From the NCBI GenBank assembly GCA_965214705.1, contig CBDCCI010000002.1, positions 896,001-960,000 on the forward strand: DNA of 64,000 bases, written 5' to 3'. Below are positions 10,639 to 20,337 of the stretch, piece by piece (the first letter of the stretch is position 1; each line of letters begins with the position of its first letter). This DNA comes from Alphaproteobacteria bacterium (lineage in GTDB: Bacteria > Pseudomonadota > Alphaproteobacteria > UBA828). The notes beneath the pieces were generated by a model. The model was not told where the DNA came from. It made no database searches and worked only from the letters and a program-made list of their open reading frames with translations. The translations under genes were made by a program, and so were the position numbers.

Positions 10639-12798
10639 CCCAAGTTGGCACTTTTCCGCTGCCTGTGTTCCCTATTGGTTTGATTCAACGCGATATTTTT
10701 CTCGGTCGATTCCAACATGGCCCCACATTTTGTGAGATTCTGTCAGCTCATCAGACGGGTCCTCGTGCGGTGGATGGCGGGGTCCACGCCCGCCGCCGAG
10801 GAGATTGCGGCAACCTCGGCGGCCGGGCGCGTGTCCTGGCGGTTGACGATCAAGGTGCCGTCGGTCTGGCGCAGGCGCGTGGTGATCCGCACCCAGGTCC
10901 GCATGCTCTCGCGGATCGACGCCCAGCACTTGTGGATGCCGCGCGCGGCCAGCCGGGTACGGATCAGATGCACGGCGTGGTAGGCCAGCACGGCGATCAG
11001 CAGGTGGGCCGCGATGCGCCGGTCGAGCTGGTGCCAGATCGGGCGAAGGCCGAGCTCGGATTTCAGGCTCCGGAATGTCGCCTCGATATCCGTGATCCGC
11101 CAGTACGTCCGCAGGACCGTCTCGATGTCCCAGTCGACGTGGCTGGTGCGCAGCACATAGGCACCGGCGCCCTCATCGGCCTCGTCGTATCGCGGCCTGC
11201 GCTTGAAGCGCACGGCGGTGGCATTGGGGCCGGTTTTCGCCCTCTCGACCGTGATCTCGTAGTGCCTGGCGACGGCGGAGAAGCGCTGCTTGAGGCGGCC
11301 TATGCTCTCCAGCACCTTGTCGTAGCGCTTGAGGCGGCCCTTGACCGGGAGGCCGCCGTGGAGCCTTTCCAGCGCCGCCTCGAAGCGGTTCCGCCTCAGG
11401 CCGATGATCGCGTTCTCGGCCTTCTTCTTGCCCTCGCTGACGACGTAGAGCCGCGCCTCGCCGTCCTCGCTGGCAAGCCGCCAGGCCCGCACCTCGTGGC
11501 GCGCGCTGGTGATCAGCAGGGCCTCGGGTCCGCCCTCGGGCGGCGCAGGCCTGGCACCGCGGCTGACCGCGATCCAGTCGTAGCCCTGCTCGCCCAGCCA
11601 CGCGATGTTTTTCTCGGTGGCGATGCCCGCGTCCATGACCACCGTGGGCTTCGCCGCCGTGCCGCCGCACACCGCCTCGAGCCGCGCCAGCGCCTCGTGC
11701 AGCGTGCCCGGCTCGCTCACGTTGCCCGGCAGGATCTCGCAACTGCGCGGGAAGCCCGCGCCGTCGAGCGCCAGCGCCAGCGTGATGAGGGGACAGTCGT
11801 CGCGCTTCTGCTTGGAGCGCCCGAACCTGGGAAGCTCGCCGCCCGTGTGGCCGTGGTAGTGGACGTTGGTGAGATCGTAGAAGGCGATCGTCTCGGGCAG
11901 GTCGAGCAGTGCGCGCTCACGGTTGAACAGCTCCCGCTGGATGGCGGCGCGGTGGCGCCAGAGCAGGTCGCCGATGCGGTAGAGCGTCTTGCGCCGCAGC
12001 GCCTTGCGGTCGCCCTCCAGGCCCAGGAGCTCGGCGGCCGCGCTGTCGTGGCGGAGCCAGCGGCTGGTATCACGCTCGCTGGCGGGATGGACCATCCTGG
12101 CGACGATCAGCGCGCTGGCGATGCGCCCGTCGCGGCCCTTGATGTCGAGGCCGTGGAGGATTTCGGCGAAGCCGAGGGCGTCGAGGGCCTTGAGGCACAG
12201 GCGCTCGCAGCCGACCGTGCGCGGGTTCTCGTGCTCCAGGGTATCGAGGTCGACGGTGGCGATGTCGGGCTTGCGCGCCTCTTCCTGCATCGCCTCGACG
12301 CGGAACCCCCTGGCCCTGAGCTTGGCGACGATGTCCTCGGCTGCGGCCCGCACATCCGCCTCGCCCTCGAACAGCGGCGGCTTGCCGTGAAGCAGCGCCT
12401 CGGCGAGTTCGGTGACGGCCTTCCACTTCTCGCGCGGCACCGGATAGTCGGTGCCGAGATTGAGCAGCGTCCTGTGGCGCACCTTGTCGCCGACGCGCTG
12501 GGCGAGCACGAGGCGATGGCTTCGGACCGGCTGGCCGGCCTTGTCGGTGTGTGTCCTGGTTGCCTTGATGTACATGGCGGCGCCGTTTCTGCGATGCCTG
12601 TTTCGCATACACGGCGTTCGCGGCATCTGGCAAGAGGGATATCGACTCAACTCCAAAGTCCTGGCCCCACAATTGGCTTCCAGGACCACGAATGGCAAAT
12701 GTGGGTCTCAGGTGTCCTCCAACCCCAACATCTAGTGGTTCAGCGCCGCAAAACTGGCTCGAACAGGCTCGGCTGGTCGGAAAAAGTGCCAACTTGGG
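10639..12798 (-). mobile_element. IS1634-family insertion sequence, 2,160 bp
   Basis: Perfect 17-bp terminal IRs CCCAAGTTGGCACTTTT (10639-10655 and 12782-12798), flanked by a GGAA direct repeat (10635-10638 and 12799-12802). Contains a single DDE transposase. Confidence 0.93.
10743..12575 (-). CDS. IS1634-family DDE transposase
   Basis: Motifs FYDLTNVHY, FGRSKQKRDDCP, VVMDAGI, IEATFRSLKSELGLRPIWHQ. Likely start is MYIK at 12575. Confidence 0.92.
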   Translation of the reverse strand: MYIKATRTHTDKAGQPVRSHRLVLAQRVGDKVRHRTLLNLGTDYPVPREKWKAVTELAEALLHGKPPLFEGEADVRAAAEDIVAKLRARGFRVEAMQEEARKPDIATVDLDTLEHENPRTVGCERLCLKALDALGFAEILHGLDIKGRDGRIASALIVARMVHPASERDTSRWLRHDSAAAELLGLEGDRKALRRKTLYRIGDLLWRHRAAIQRELFNRERALLDLPETIAFYDLTNVHYHGHTGGELPRFGRSKQKRDDCPLITLALALDGAGFPRSCEILPGNVSEPGTLHEALARLEAVCGGTAAKPTVVMDAGIATEKNIAWLGEQGYDWIAVSRGARPAPPEGGPEALLITSARHEVRAWRLASEDGEARLYVVSEGKKKAENAIIGLRRNRFEAALERLHGGLPVKGRLKRYDKVLESIGRLKQRFSAVARHYEITVERAKTGPNATAVRFKRRPRYDEADEGAGAYVLRTSHVDWDIETVLRTYWRITDIEATFRSLKSELGLRPIWHQLDRRIAAHLLIAVLAYHAVHLIRTRLAARGIHKCWASIRESMRTWVRITTRLRQTDGTLIVNRQDTRPAAEVAAISSAAGVDPAIHRTRTRLMS

Positions 12799-12802
12799 GG
12801 AA

Positions 12803-13025
12803 GACCTGCTTGCACAGCTTGCCGCGACGCCCGCGGCGGGGCGCGAGGAACTCTTGGTGTCCTTCCTGCAACAGGAGGTGCAGGCGGTGCTGCGGCTGCC
12901 GTCGGCGCCGGCGCCGACGGTCGGCTTCTTCGACCTCGGCATGGATTCGCTGATGGCGGTCGAGCTGCGGAACCGCCTGAACCGGGCGTTCTCCGGCGCT
13001 TACGCGGCGCCTAACACGCTGGTGT
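12803..13025 (+). pseudogene. supA: SupA PKS fragment 2 (linker and ACP up to ...APNTLV)
   Basis: DLLAQL...GFFDLGMDSLMAVELRNRL with the phosphopantetheine serine. In frame with fragment 1 once the IS and one GGAA copy are removed. Confidence 0.92.
13015..13025 (+). repeat. attL core, 11-bp direct repeat CACGCTGGTGT
   Basis: Identical to 26930-26940, and PKS similarity stops exactly here. Confidence 0.9.
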
Positions 13026-13375
13026 GCACTAGCCTACACGATTTTTCAGTGCTCAGGGGCTGACGCAGGGTTGCAGTTCCCTCCTTTATTCGGGTTATGC
13101 TACAGTAGGTTACAGGAGAGGTCAAGGGGAAATAGAGCGGGGGTGGAGGACACATTGGCAGATCATGTGTCTTCCAGAAGTTGCATTCAGGGAAGTCGGG
13201 GCGTGGAATTTGCCGTGGAGAACTGGTATGGTTTCTGTGCTGAGACTGGATAATTCAGTCAGGACACACGAATGGCATGCAATTGCAGTTGCGAGGAATA
13301 TCATAGGAGTTTCGTGATCTGTCCTGCATTGCGGAGGAGCCGCGTGTCGCGGTTACAGAAGGTCCCTACGGGCGG

Positions 13376-13747
13376 ATGGCCACGATGAGGGAGGATACTA
13401 GCGGACGGCGCCAGCGCGCGGTCATGGCCACCGATGCGGAGTGGGAGCGCATCGGCCGGGCTGCGGCGGCTTGCGGTATGGACCTGTCTCGCTTCGTCAT
13501 CCATCGCGCTCTCGATCGCGATCCGCTGCCGCCGGAAGTCCTGCGCCGGGCGGTCCGCGAGATGCTGGTGATGTCCAGGCTGGAGGAGAGGCGGCTACGC
13601 GGGGCGGGCGCCGGCGAGGCCTGGGAGGACGCCTGCGACGCGGTGGACGAATGGATGGAGCGCGAGAGCATGCTCGACCGGCTCACCGATCCAGGTGCTG
13701 CGAACCGCTGGAAGGCGGCGGGGCGGGTTGAGGAGGACGGGTCGTGA
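13376..13747 (+). CDS. Ribbon-helix-helix (MobC/TrwA-like) protein 1
   Basis: RQRAVMATDAEWERIGRAAAACGMDLSRFVIHRAL fits an RHH pattern. Overlaps the next gene (GTGA). Confidence 0.7.
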   Translation: MATMREDTSGRRQRAVMATDAEWERIGRAAAACGMDLSRFVIHRALDRDPLPPEVLRRAVREMLVMSRLEERRLRGAGAGEAWEDACDAVDEWMERESMLDRLTDPGAANRWKAAGRVEEDGS

Positions 13748-14055
13748 CGGAGGAGGCGGCACGGCCGCTCAGGCGTCAGCGAAGCCTGCACTGCAAGCCG
13801 GCTGAACAGGCGATGATCCGGGAGCGCGCGGCGGCGGCGGAGAAGACCGTGTCGCGCTATATTCTGGATCTCGCGCTCGCCGACGATCCGGACCGCCATC
13901 CGCTGGTGCTGACTGAAGCGGAACAGGTGGAGCAGCGGGACGGGGTGCGGGAGTTGCAGGCATTCGTGCGGGCTCTCCGGCGCGAGCTTCCGGGGGGCAG
14001 CGGGCTGAGCCTTCTGAGCGCGATCTCCGTCCTCGCGAGGGAGCGTGCGCTGTGA
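13744..14055 (+). CDS. Ribbon-helix-helix protein 2
   Basis: RQRSLHCKPAEQAMIRERAAAAEKTVSRYILDLAL. Translationally coupled on both sides. Confidence 0.7.
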   Translation: MTEEAARPLRRQRSLHCKPAEQAMIRERAAAAEKTVSRYILDLALADDPDRHPLVLTEAEQVEQRDGVRELQAFVRALRRELPGGSGLSLLSAISVLARERAL

Positions 14056-14588
14056 GACGGACGCGGCGTCGGCGGAAGGCGCGCAGGCCGAGCAGGCACA
14101 TCTCGATTTCGGCGACGGACGCGGAGTGGGAGACCGTTCGCAACAAGGCCGACCAGCGCGGGCTGTCGATCGCGCGCTACCTGCTGGAGCTGGTGGAGCG
14201 GGACGGCTCGGAAGAGGACACTGGTCTCCGGCACGAGTGGCCCGCGTTGGCGCTGGCAAAGGACGAGCAGCGGGAGCAGCTGGAGGCGCTGCGGGAGGTT
14301 CGCGCGCTGATGCTGGAGGGGGAGGATGCGGGTCCGCTTGTGCGCGACATGCAGGAGAGGATCGCGGTGATGTTCGCCGCCTGGGCGTCCGCGATGGCCG
14401 GGGCGGGCCGCTCGGAAGAGCTGCGCATGGCGCTCGCCTCGGTGCTGGGCGAGGAGCGGGCACGCATCGCTGCGGCGTCGGTCGTGACCTCGGTCACGGT
14501 TTCGACCGAGCCGCCGGCAGCGAAGAAGGAGGTCGCGCCTGAGTCCCGCGAGGGAAAGGCGGACGCCGGCCAGGACCGGCTCTTGTGA
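14052..14588 (+). CDS. Ribbon-helix-helix protein 3
   Basis: RHISISATDAEWETVRNKADQRGLSIARYLLELV. Shares ATDAEWE with protein 1. Confidence 0.7.
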   Translation: MRRTRRRRKARRPSRHISISATDAEWETVRNKADQRGLSIARYLLELVERDGSEEDTGLRHEWPALALAKDEQREQLEALREVRALMLEGEDAGPLVRDMQERIAVMFAAWASAMAGAGRSEELRMALASVLGEERARIAAASVVTSVTVSTEPPAAKKEVAPESREGKADAGQDRLL

Positions 14589-14767
14589 GGCGGGCACCAT
14601 GTGCGCCACGGTCCCTATCGAGGTGCAGAGAATCGTCGGTACAAGGGGAGAGACAACGTGATTGCGGGATGCGGCGGCAGAAGCGAAAGGTCGCGCTTCA
14701 GGCCCACAACGGGAAGACGGACTTGCGCCTATACCGTTTGCTGTGAGGCGGCCTCCATGTGCGCCAC
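14584..14767. repeat. 26-bp direct repeat pair bracketing a candidate oriT
   Basis: TGTGAGGCGG(GCA/CCT)CCATGTGCGCCAC at 14584-14609 and 14742-14767, matching at 24/26 positions. Lies in the gap between the RHH operon and the relaxase operon. Confidence 0.6.
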
Positions 14768-14815
14768 CGGCATGAACGAGGTGCACGAGATCGACCACAC
14801 GAGGGAACAATTGTC

Positions 14816-15483
14816 GTGACTGCGGAGCGCGACGGCAAGAGCGCGTGGACCGGCCAGCCGGACTTGCTGGCGAGCCTGCCGCCGGAGGGCCCGCCCGCTT
14901 CGCGGCCGGATCCCGGTATCGATCCTGCCGTGGTCGAGGAACTGCTCACCGAAGTCCGGGTCCTGCGGGAGCAGGTGGCCGGACTGAAGGAAGCGGTATC
15001 CGCCGACCGGCCTGCGCCAGCGCCTGAGGCTGCACCTGAGGTGCTGACGCGGGAGGCGCTGGAAGCCTGGGGCGACAATCTCGTGACCCGTGTTGCCGAG
15101 GCTGCGCGGTCGGCAGACGCGCCGGCGGCCGCGCCGGGGACGACGCGGCGGCGGCGACCGTCGCAAACCATGCCGGCAGGATCGAGGAAGCGGCGGCGAA
15201 GGCGGCAGCGGCGGCGGAACGCATCGATCGGGGTATGGCAACCACTGCGGACCGGGTCGCGGCCGGGGTCGAGGAGGCCGCGGCCAGGATCGAAAAGGGC
15301 CTCGCAGCGACGCGCTCCCAGGTCATCGACCATTCCGGTTCTATCCGTGGGCTTCTCTATGACGTCCTCACGCAAACGGCCGGACCGAAGTTCGGCTTGA
15401 AGACGGTTCTTGTGGGCTTGATCGTCTTCGTTCTGGGCATGCTGCTCGAGAGCCACATACATCTGCTCTACCGATGGCAGTGA
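14816..15483 (+). pseudogene. Ala-rich coiled-coil protein with C-terminal TM anchor, apparently frameshifted near 15120
   Basis: The N-part (VEELLTEVRVLREQVAGLKEAV) is in one frame. The C-part (GRIEEAAAKAAAAAERI...TVLVGLIVFVLGMLL) is in another frame ending at 15483. Confidence 0.55.
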
Positions 15484-15558
15484 GCCCGGTGAGCCTGCGG
15501 CGTCCCGCCTGTCCGCCACTGCCGCGCACCGGCGCGGCCGTAATCGGGGTCTGAGCCG

Positions 15559-18500
15559 ATGGTCGCCACGGTCGTCGAGCTTCGTTCGTCCGCCATGGCG
15601 GTGACCTACTACGAGCGCGACGGCTACTACGCAAAGAACGATCCCGAGCACCGCCAGGCGAGCTTCTGGTACGGGGACGCGGCGAAGGCGCTCGGGCTCA
15701 AGGCCCATGTGCGTCCCTCGCGCTTCGAATCAGTGCTGTCGGGATACGTGCCGGGCATGGACCTGCGTCTCGGCCGGATGCGCGAGGGGGAGCACGATCA
15801 CCGGCCCGGCTGGGACATCACCCTGTCCGCGCCGAAGTCGGTATCGCTGGAGGCGCTGGTGATGGGCGACCGCCGGGTGATCCGGGCTCACGACGAGGCG
15901 GTGCGCGCGACACTCCAGTTCGTAGAGACGGACCTTCTGCAGACCCGGGGCTGGGACCCCGCGACCCGGCGCCGTCCCCGGGTGAAGGCGGAGGGCATGG
16001 TGGTGGCGGGGTTCCGCCATCTCGCGAGCCGCGACCAGGACCCCCAGCTGCACACCCACTGCGTGCTGGCCAACATGACGCGCAATGGGTCCGGGGAATG
16101 GCGGAGCGTGGAGCCGACGAAGATCCGCCGCAGCGAGAAGCTGATCGGAGCATTTTACCGGAACGAGCTTGTGCTACGTCTCCAGGCGCTCGGCATGGCC
16201 GTCTCGCCGACCCTCGTGGGACGGGTGCCGGGGTTCGAGCTTGCGGGCTACGACCGCGCCTTCCTGGACGCGTTCTCGGGCAGGCGCCGCGAGATTCTCG
16301 CGTACCTGGAGCGCCAGGACCTGTCCTACTCGGCGAAGCACACGCAGATGGCGGCGCTGCACACACGCCGGCGCAAGGAGGACAAGGGCCTCGCGGACCT
16401 GGTGCCGGAATGGCGCGAACGGGCGCGGGCACTGGGTCTGGTCCGGGAGAAGACGGCCCTCGCGCCGTCCCGGCCGCTCGACCCGGTGACCGGCGAGCGG
16501 GTGACAGTGCCGCGTGCGCCCCCACCCGACCTGCCGGCCAACGAGATCCGCAGCCTGAAGCGCGCGCCGGCGCTGCCGGCGCTGCCGAGGCAGCCCCGCG
16601 ACGGCGTTGCCGCGTCGGCGGGGGTGAATCCCACGCCCCCTCGCTCACCGGCACCGGCGGAGCTGTCGCAGGAGCCCGAGCGGGGCGTCCTGGAGGCGGT
16701 GGCGCGTGCGGTGGCGCACGTTGCGGAGAGGCGCACCGCGATCCCGGAGGCCGAGATCCGGGCGGTGGCGCTGGGCCATGCACCGGGGCGCTACACCCTG
16801 GCCGAGGTCGACGGGGCGATTTCACGGCTGGTGTCCGGGGGCGAGCTGATCGAGGCGGAACGCCGGGGCATGGACCGGGCCTTCGTCACCGACCGCGCGG
16901 TGAAGGCCGAACGCCAGGTGCTGGCGTCGATGCGGTCGGGGCGCGGCAAGCGGCCGGCGCTGGCCGGCGCGGATGCCGTGGAGGCGCGGCTCGGGGCGTC
17001 GCGTCTCACCCGGGGCCAGAGGGAGGCGGTCCGCACGGTGCTGCTGTCGAGCGATCTCACGGTCGGCGTGCAGGGCCATGCGGGCAGCGGCAAGACCACC
17101 ATGCTGAGGGAGGTGAAGGCGCTTCTCGGAGGCAGGACGATACAGGGCCTCGCGCCCTCGGCCGCCGCCGCCCGGGTTCTCGCCAGAGAGGCGGACATCC
17201 CGTCCAGGACGCTGCAGCACTTCCTGACCCGCTTCAACGATCTCTCCGACCCGGCGCGGCTGGCGCGGGGCCGTGAGGAGTACGGGGGCGCGGTGCTGGC
17301 GGTAGACGAGGCGTCGATGATCGACACCGTGCGCATGGAGGCGCTGCTGCGCATCGCGCGCGATCTGAATGTCGCGCGGGTGGCGCTGGTGGGCGACACC
17401 GCGCAGCTGAAGGGGGTGGATGCGGGCCAGCCCTTCCGTCTGCTGCAGAAGGCGGGCATGGCGACGGCGACCATGGACGAGGTGCTGCGCCAGCGCGACC
17501 CGGAGCTGCGCGCGACGGTGGGTCTTGCCCGGGAGGGGGAGCCGGGCGCGGCGATCGCGGCGCTGGGCAACCGGGTGCGCGAAGCACGGCGCGAGGAGCT
17601 CGGCATCGAGGCGGCGCGGCGCTGGCTCGCGCTGGCGCCGGAGGACCGCGCGGACACCCTGATCCTCGCGCCGACGCACGCGATCCGCCGGCAGGCAAAC
17701 GAGGCGGTGCGCGAGGGGCTCGCGGAGGAAGGCGTGCTGAGGAGCCGCACGCTCGCCGTCGACCGCCTGGTTGACCGGCGGCTCACCCGTGCGCTGGCTT
17801 CCGATATCCGCAGCTACGAGCCCGGAGACACCATAGTGTTCCACCGCGACGTCTTCGGCTGCCGCGCGAACGACGTCTGCACCGTCATGGGCTACGACGG
17901 CGGCAGGGTCGTATTGGCCCACGCCGAGGGCGAGCGCCGGTTCCGGCCCTCGGGCAATGCGGCGCGCTATCTGGGCCTCTACGACACCGAGCGGATCGAG
18001 CTGCGCGCCGGCGACCTGATCCGCTGGACGCGCAACCGCAAGGCCCCGCCCGGCCGCGGCAGGCATCCCCGGGGGCCGGACCTGGTCAACGGCGGCGAGG
18101 CGGAGATCGTGGAGATCGGCTACAGGCGGGTGCGCTTCCGCGAGGGCGGCCGGGAGTTCGGTCTTGCGCTTACCGACCCGCAGCTGCGCCATCTGGATCA
18201 TGCCTACTGTTCCACCGTGCATTCTGCGCAGGGCCGGACGGCGCGGGCGGCGATCGCGGTGCTGGACGCGGGCGCCGGGGCCGACCGCGAGCTGTTCCAT
18301 GTCGAGCTCAGCCGGGTCTCGGAAGAGTTCCTGCTGCTGACCGACGACCGCGACGCGCTGATCGAGAGCATGGCATACGACCGGAGCGAGGACGGGGCGC
18401 TGGAGGCGCTGGGGATCGACCTCTCCGAGCCCCCCGTGGTGGACCCCGAAGAGTTCGCGGTGCTGGCGAGCGACTGGCAGGCGCTCCTGCGGGAGGGCGA

Positions 18501-20337
18501 GGCGGCGAACACCGTTCCGTTCCTCCTCCCGGGCTACCGGGACACGATGGCCCAGGCTGCTGCGCTCGCGCAGATCGAGGACCTGCCGGAGGACATGCGC
18601 CGCCTCACCGGCACCATGCTGGCGAAACACGAGCAGCATCTCGCGCACGACCGCGAGGTGCAGGGCCTCGTCGGGCGCGTGCGCGACCACTGGCGGCGCT
18701 GGCCGGAGCTCGGTTGGGCTGCCTCCTCGCAAGGAGTGCCGGTGGAGGAGCTTCCCGCACACGCTGCTTGGCGCGAGGAAGGGGCGGCGCTCCTGGAGGC
18801 CGCAGCCCGGCTCGGGGCGGACGGCGAGGCAGCACCCCATCTGCATGCCATGCCTGGCGGGCGCGCCGGCCTGGAAGACGCCGTCGATATGCTCGAACGC
18901 ACGCGGCTCCTCGACGATGCCGGACGGTTCGAACGGGCGTGGCACGCGCTCCGCGAACGGGCTGCGGAGAGCGTCATCCCGGAGATTTACGCGCCGGGCT
19001 ACCGGCAGGTGGCGCAGCTTGGCGAGAATCTCGCGGCCGCCGAGAGGCTCGACGCGCAGGCCCAGCGCGCGGTGGCGGAATGGCGGGAGGTCGATGCGGC
19101 GCAGACGGCGCTGGCGGACGAGGTGCGCACCCTGCCCGGCCGCATCGCGGCGTGGCAGGCGGTGGTCCTGCCACAGGACGAGCCCGGCGGGCTCGAGCCG
19201 GACCATCCCGCGCGCCTCGCTTGGCGCGAGGAAGGCGCCGCACTGGAGGCCATGGCCGGGGACATGCTGCGCCCGGAAGACGTCCATGCGCCCTACCTGG
19301 ACGCCGAGCCGGATGCGCGCGAGGCCGTCCGGCAGGCGGCCGAAGAAGTCGCCGACTCGCTCCGGCACGACCGCTACCGGGCATTCGGGTGGCTGACGAA
19401 GGAGGTAAACCGGCAGGCGCGAGAAACCGGAACCGAGGCGTTCCATGTGCCGCGCTACGGCGAGATGATCGCACAGGCCGAGGCGCTCTCCGCGCAGGCG
19501 GCGCTGCCGGCGCGCACGCAGGAGGTTGTCGCCTCGTGGCTCGACTACCATGCCCGGTGCGAACCGGTCTGCCGGCAGATCCGGGAATGGCCCGCACGGC
19601 TTGACGCGCTGACGGCGGACTGCCCCGAACGCCCCGCGAGGCTCGTGTCCCTGACCGAGTGGCGCCAGCAGGCGGAGCCCCTGCTCGCCGATGCCCGTGC
19701 GATGCTGGCAAACGACGCCCCCCACGCGCCCCATCTGGCAGCCATGCCGGACGAGCGCAAGGCGCTGGCCGAGGGAACGAACCGCCTCGACCGCGAACTG
19801 ATTGAGGTCGAGGCACGGGAGACGGACGTGCTGTCTTCGGTCGTGCAGCAGTGGGCGGAGAAGACGGGCGGTATCGGCTTCGATAGCCGCGACTATGCCG
19901 CGCTGATGGAGCGCGCACGCTCCCTCGATGCCAGGCCGCATCTGCCGGAGGGTCTGCGCGAGAGGGTCGACGTCCTTCTCTTCAGGGACGAACGCTGGGC
20001 GATCGACCGGGATCGGGTCGAAGCATTCCTCGAGCGGGCTGCGGAGGCCGAGAGTGCGCGGCAAGTCATGACGCAGCAGCGCGTCACGACCAACTCGTTC
20101 GAGGAGCGTCGACAGGCCCGGCGAGACTGCCGGCAGAAGGAGAAGGAGGTTCTCGACGAGGCGGCGGCAATCAGGAAGGACATGCCGCAACACGAGCTCG
20201 CCGCCCATCTGGGCGCCGCCGGCGCAGGCCCGGACGCGGTCCAAAAGCGCGAAGAGGAGATCCGCAACAGGATCGCCCGGGAACAGGAAAAGCAGGCCGC
20301 CCTGCGAATGAGCCGGGACCGGGGAATGTCGATGTAA
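15559..20337 (+). CDS. MOBF (TrwC/TraI-like) relaxase-helicase with long repetitive C-terminal extension
   Basis: YYERDGYY catalytic tyrosines, DITLSAPKSVS, HUH motif DPQLHTH, Walker A GHAGSGKTT, VDEASM, HAYCSTVHSAQGRT. Confidence 0.93.
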   Translation: MVATVVELRSSAMAVTYYERDGYYAKNDPEHRQASFWYGDAAKALGLKAHVRPSRFESVLSGYVPGMDLRLGRMREGEHDHRPGWDITLSAPKSVSLEALVMGDRRVIRAHDEAVRATLQFVETDLLQTRGWDPATRRRPRVKAEGMVVAGFRHLASRDQDPQLHTHCVLANMTRNGSGEWRSVEPTKIRRSEKLIGAFYRNELVLRLQALGMAVSPTLVGRVPGFELAGYDRAFLDAFSGRRREILAYLERQDLSYSAKHTQMAALHTRRRKEDKGLADLVPEWRERARALGLVREKTALAPSRPLDPVTGERVTVPRAPPPDLPANEIRSLKRAPALPALPRQPRDGVAASAGVNPTPPRSPAPAELSQEPERGVLEAVARAVAHVAERRTAIPEAEIRAVALGHAPGRYTLAEVDGAISRLVSGGELIEAERRGMDRAFVTDRAVKAERQVLASMRSGRGKRPALAGADAVEARLGASRLTRGQREAVRTVLLSSDLTVGVQGHAGSGKTTMLREVKALLGGRTIQGLAPSAAAARVLAREADIPSRTLQHFLTRFNDLSDPARLARGREEYGGAVLAVDEASMIDTVRMEALLRIARDLNVARVALVGDTAQLKGVDAGQPFRLLQKAGMATATMDEVLRQRDPELRATVGLAREGEPGAAIAALGNRVREARREELGIEAARRWLALAPEDRADTLILAPTHAIRRQANEAVREGLAEEGVLRSRTLAVDRLVDRRLTRALASDIRSYEPGDTIVFHRDVFGCRANDVCTVMGYDGGRVVLAHAEGERRFRPSGNAARYLGLYDTERIELRAGDLIRWTRNRKAPPGRGRHPRGPDLVNGGEAEIVEIGYRRVRFREGGREFGLALTDPQLRHLDHAYCSTVHSAQGRTARAAIAVLDAGAGADRELFHVELSRVSEEFLLLTDDRDALIESMAYDRSEDGALEALGIDLSEPPVVDPEEFAVLASDWQALLREGEAANTVPFLLPGYRDTMAQAAALAQIEDLPEDMRRLTGTMLAKHEQHLAHDREVQGLVGRVRDHWRRWPELGWAASSQGVPVEELPAHAAWREEGAALLEAAARLGADGEAAPHLHAMPGGRAGLEDAVDMLERTRLLDDAGRFERAWHALRERAAESVIPEIYAPGYRQVAQLGENLAAAERLDAQAQRAVAEWREVDAAQTALADEVRTLPGRIAAWQAVVLPQDEPGGLEPDHPARLAWREEGAALEAMAGDMLRPEDVHAPYLDAEPDAREAVRQAAEEVADSLRHDRYRAFGWLTKEVNRQARETGTEAFHVPRYGEMIAQAEALSAQAALPARTQEVVASWLDYHARCEPVCRQIREWPARLDALTADCPERPARLVSLTEWRQQAEPLLADARAMLANDAPHAPHLAAMPDERKALAEGTNRLDRELIEVEARETDVLSSVVQQWAEKTGGIGFDSRDYAALMERARSLDARPHLPEGLRERVDVLLFRDERWAIDRDRVEAFLERAAEAESARQVMTQQRVTTNSFEERRQARRDCRQKEKEVLDEAAAIRKDMPQHELAAHLGAAGAGPDAVQKREEEIRNRIAREQEKQAALRMSRDRGMSM

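Noticed and set aside
10639-10683. Apparent PKS C-terminus PKLALFRCLCSLLV, and the apparent N-termini of ORFs 12692 and 26832
   Set aside because: These are read-through into IS or element ends, not PKS sequence.
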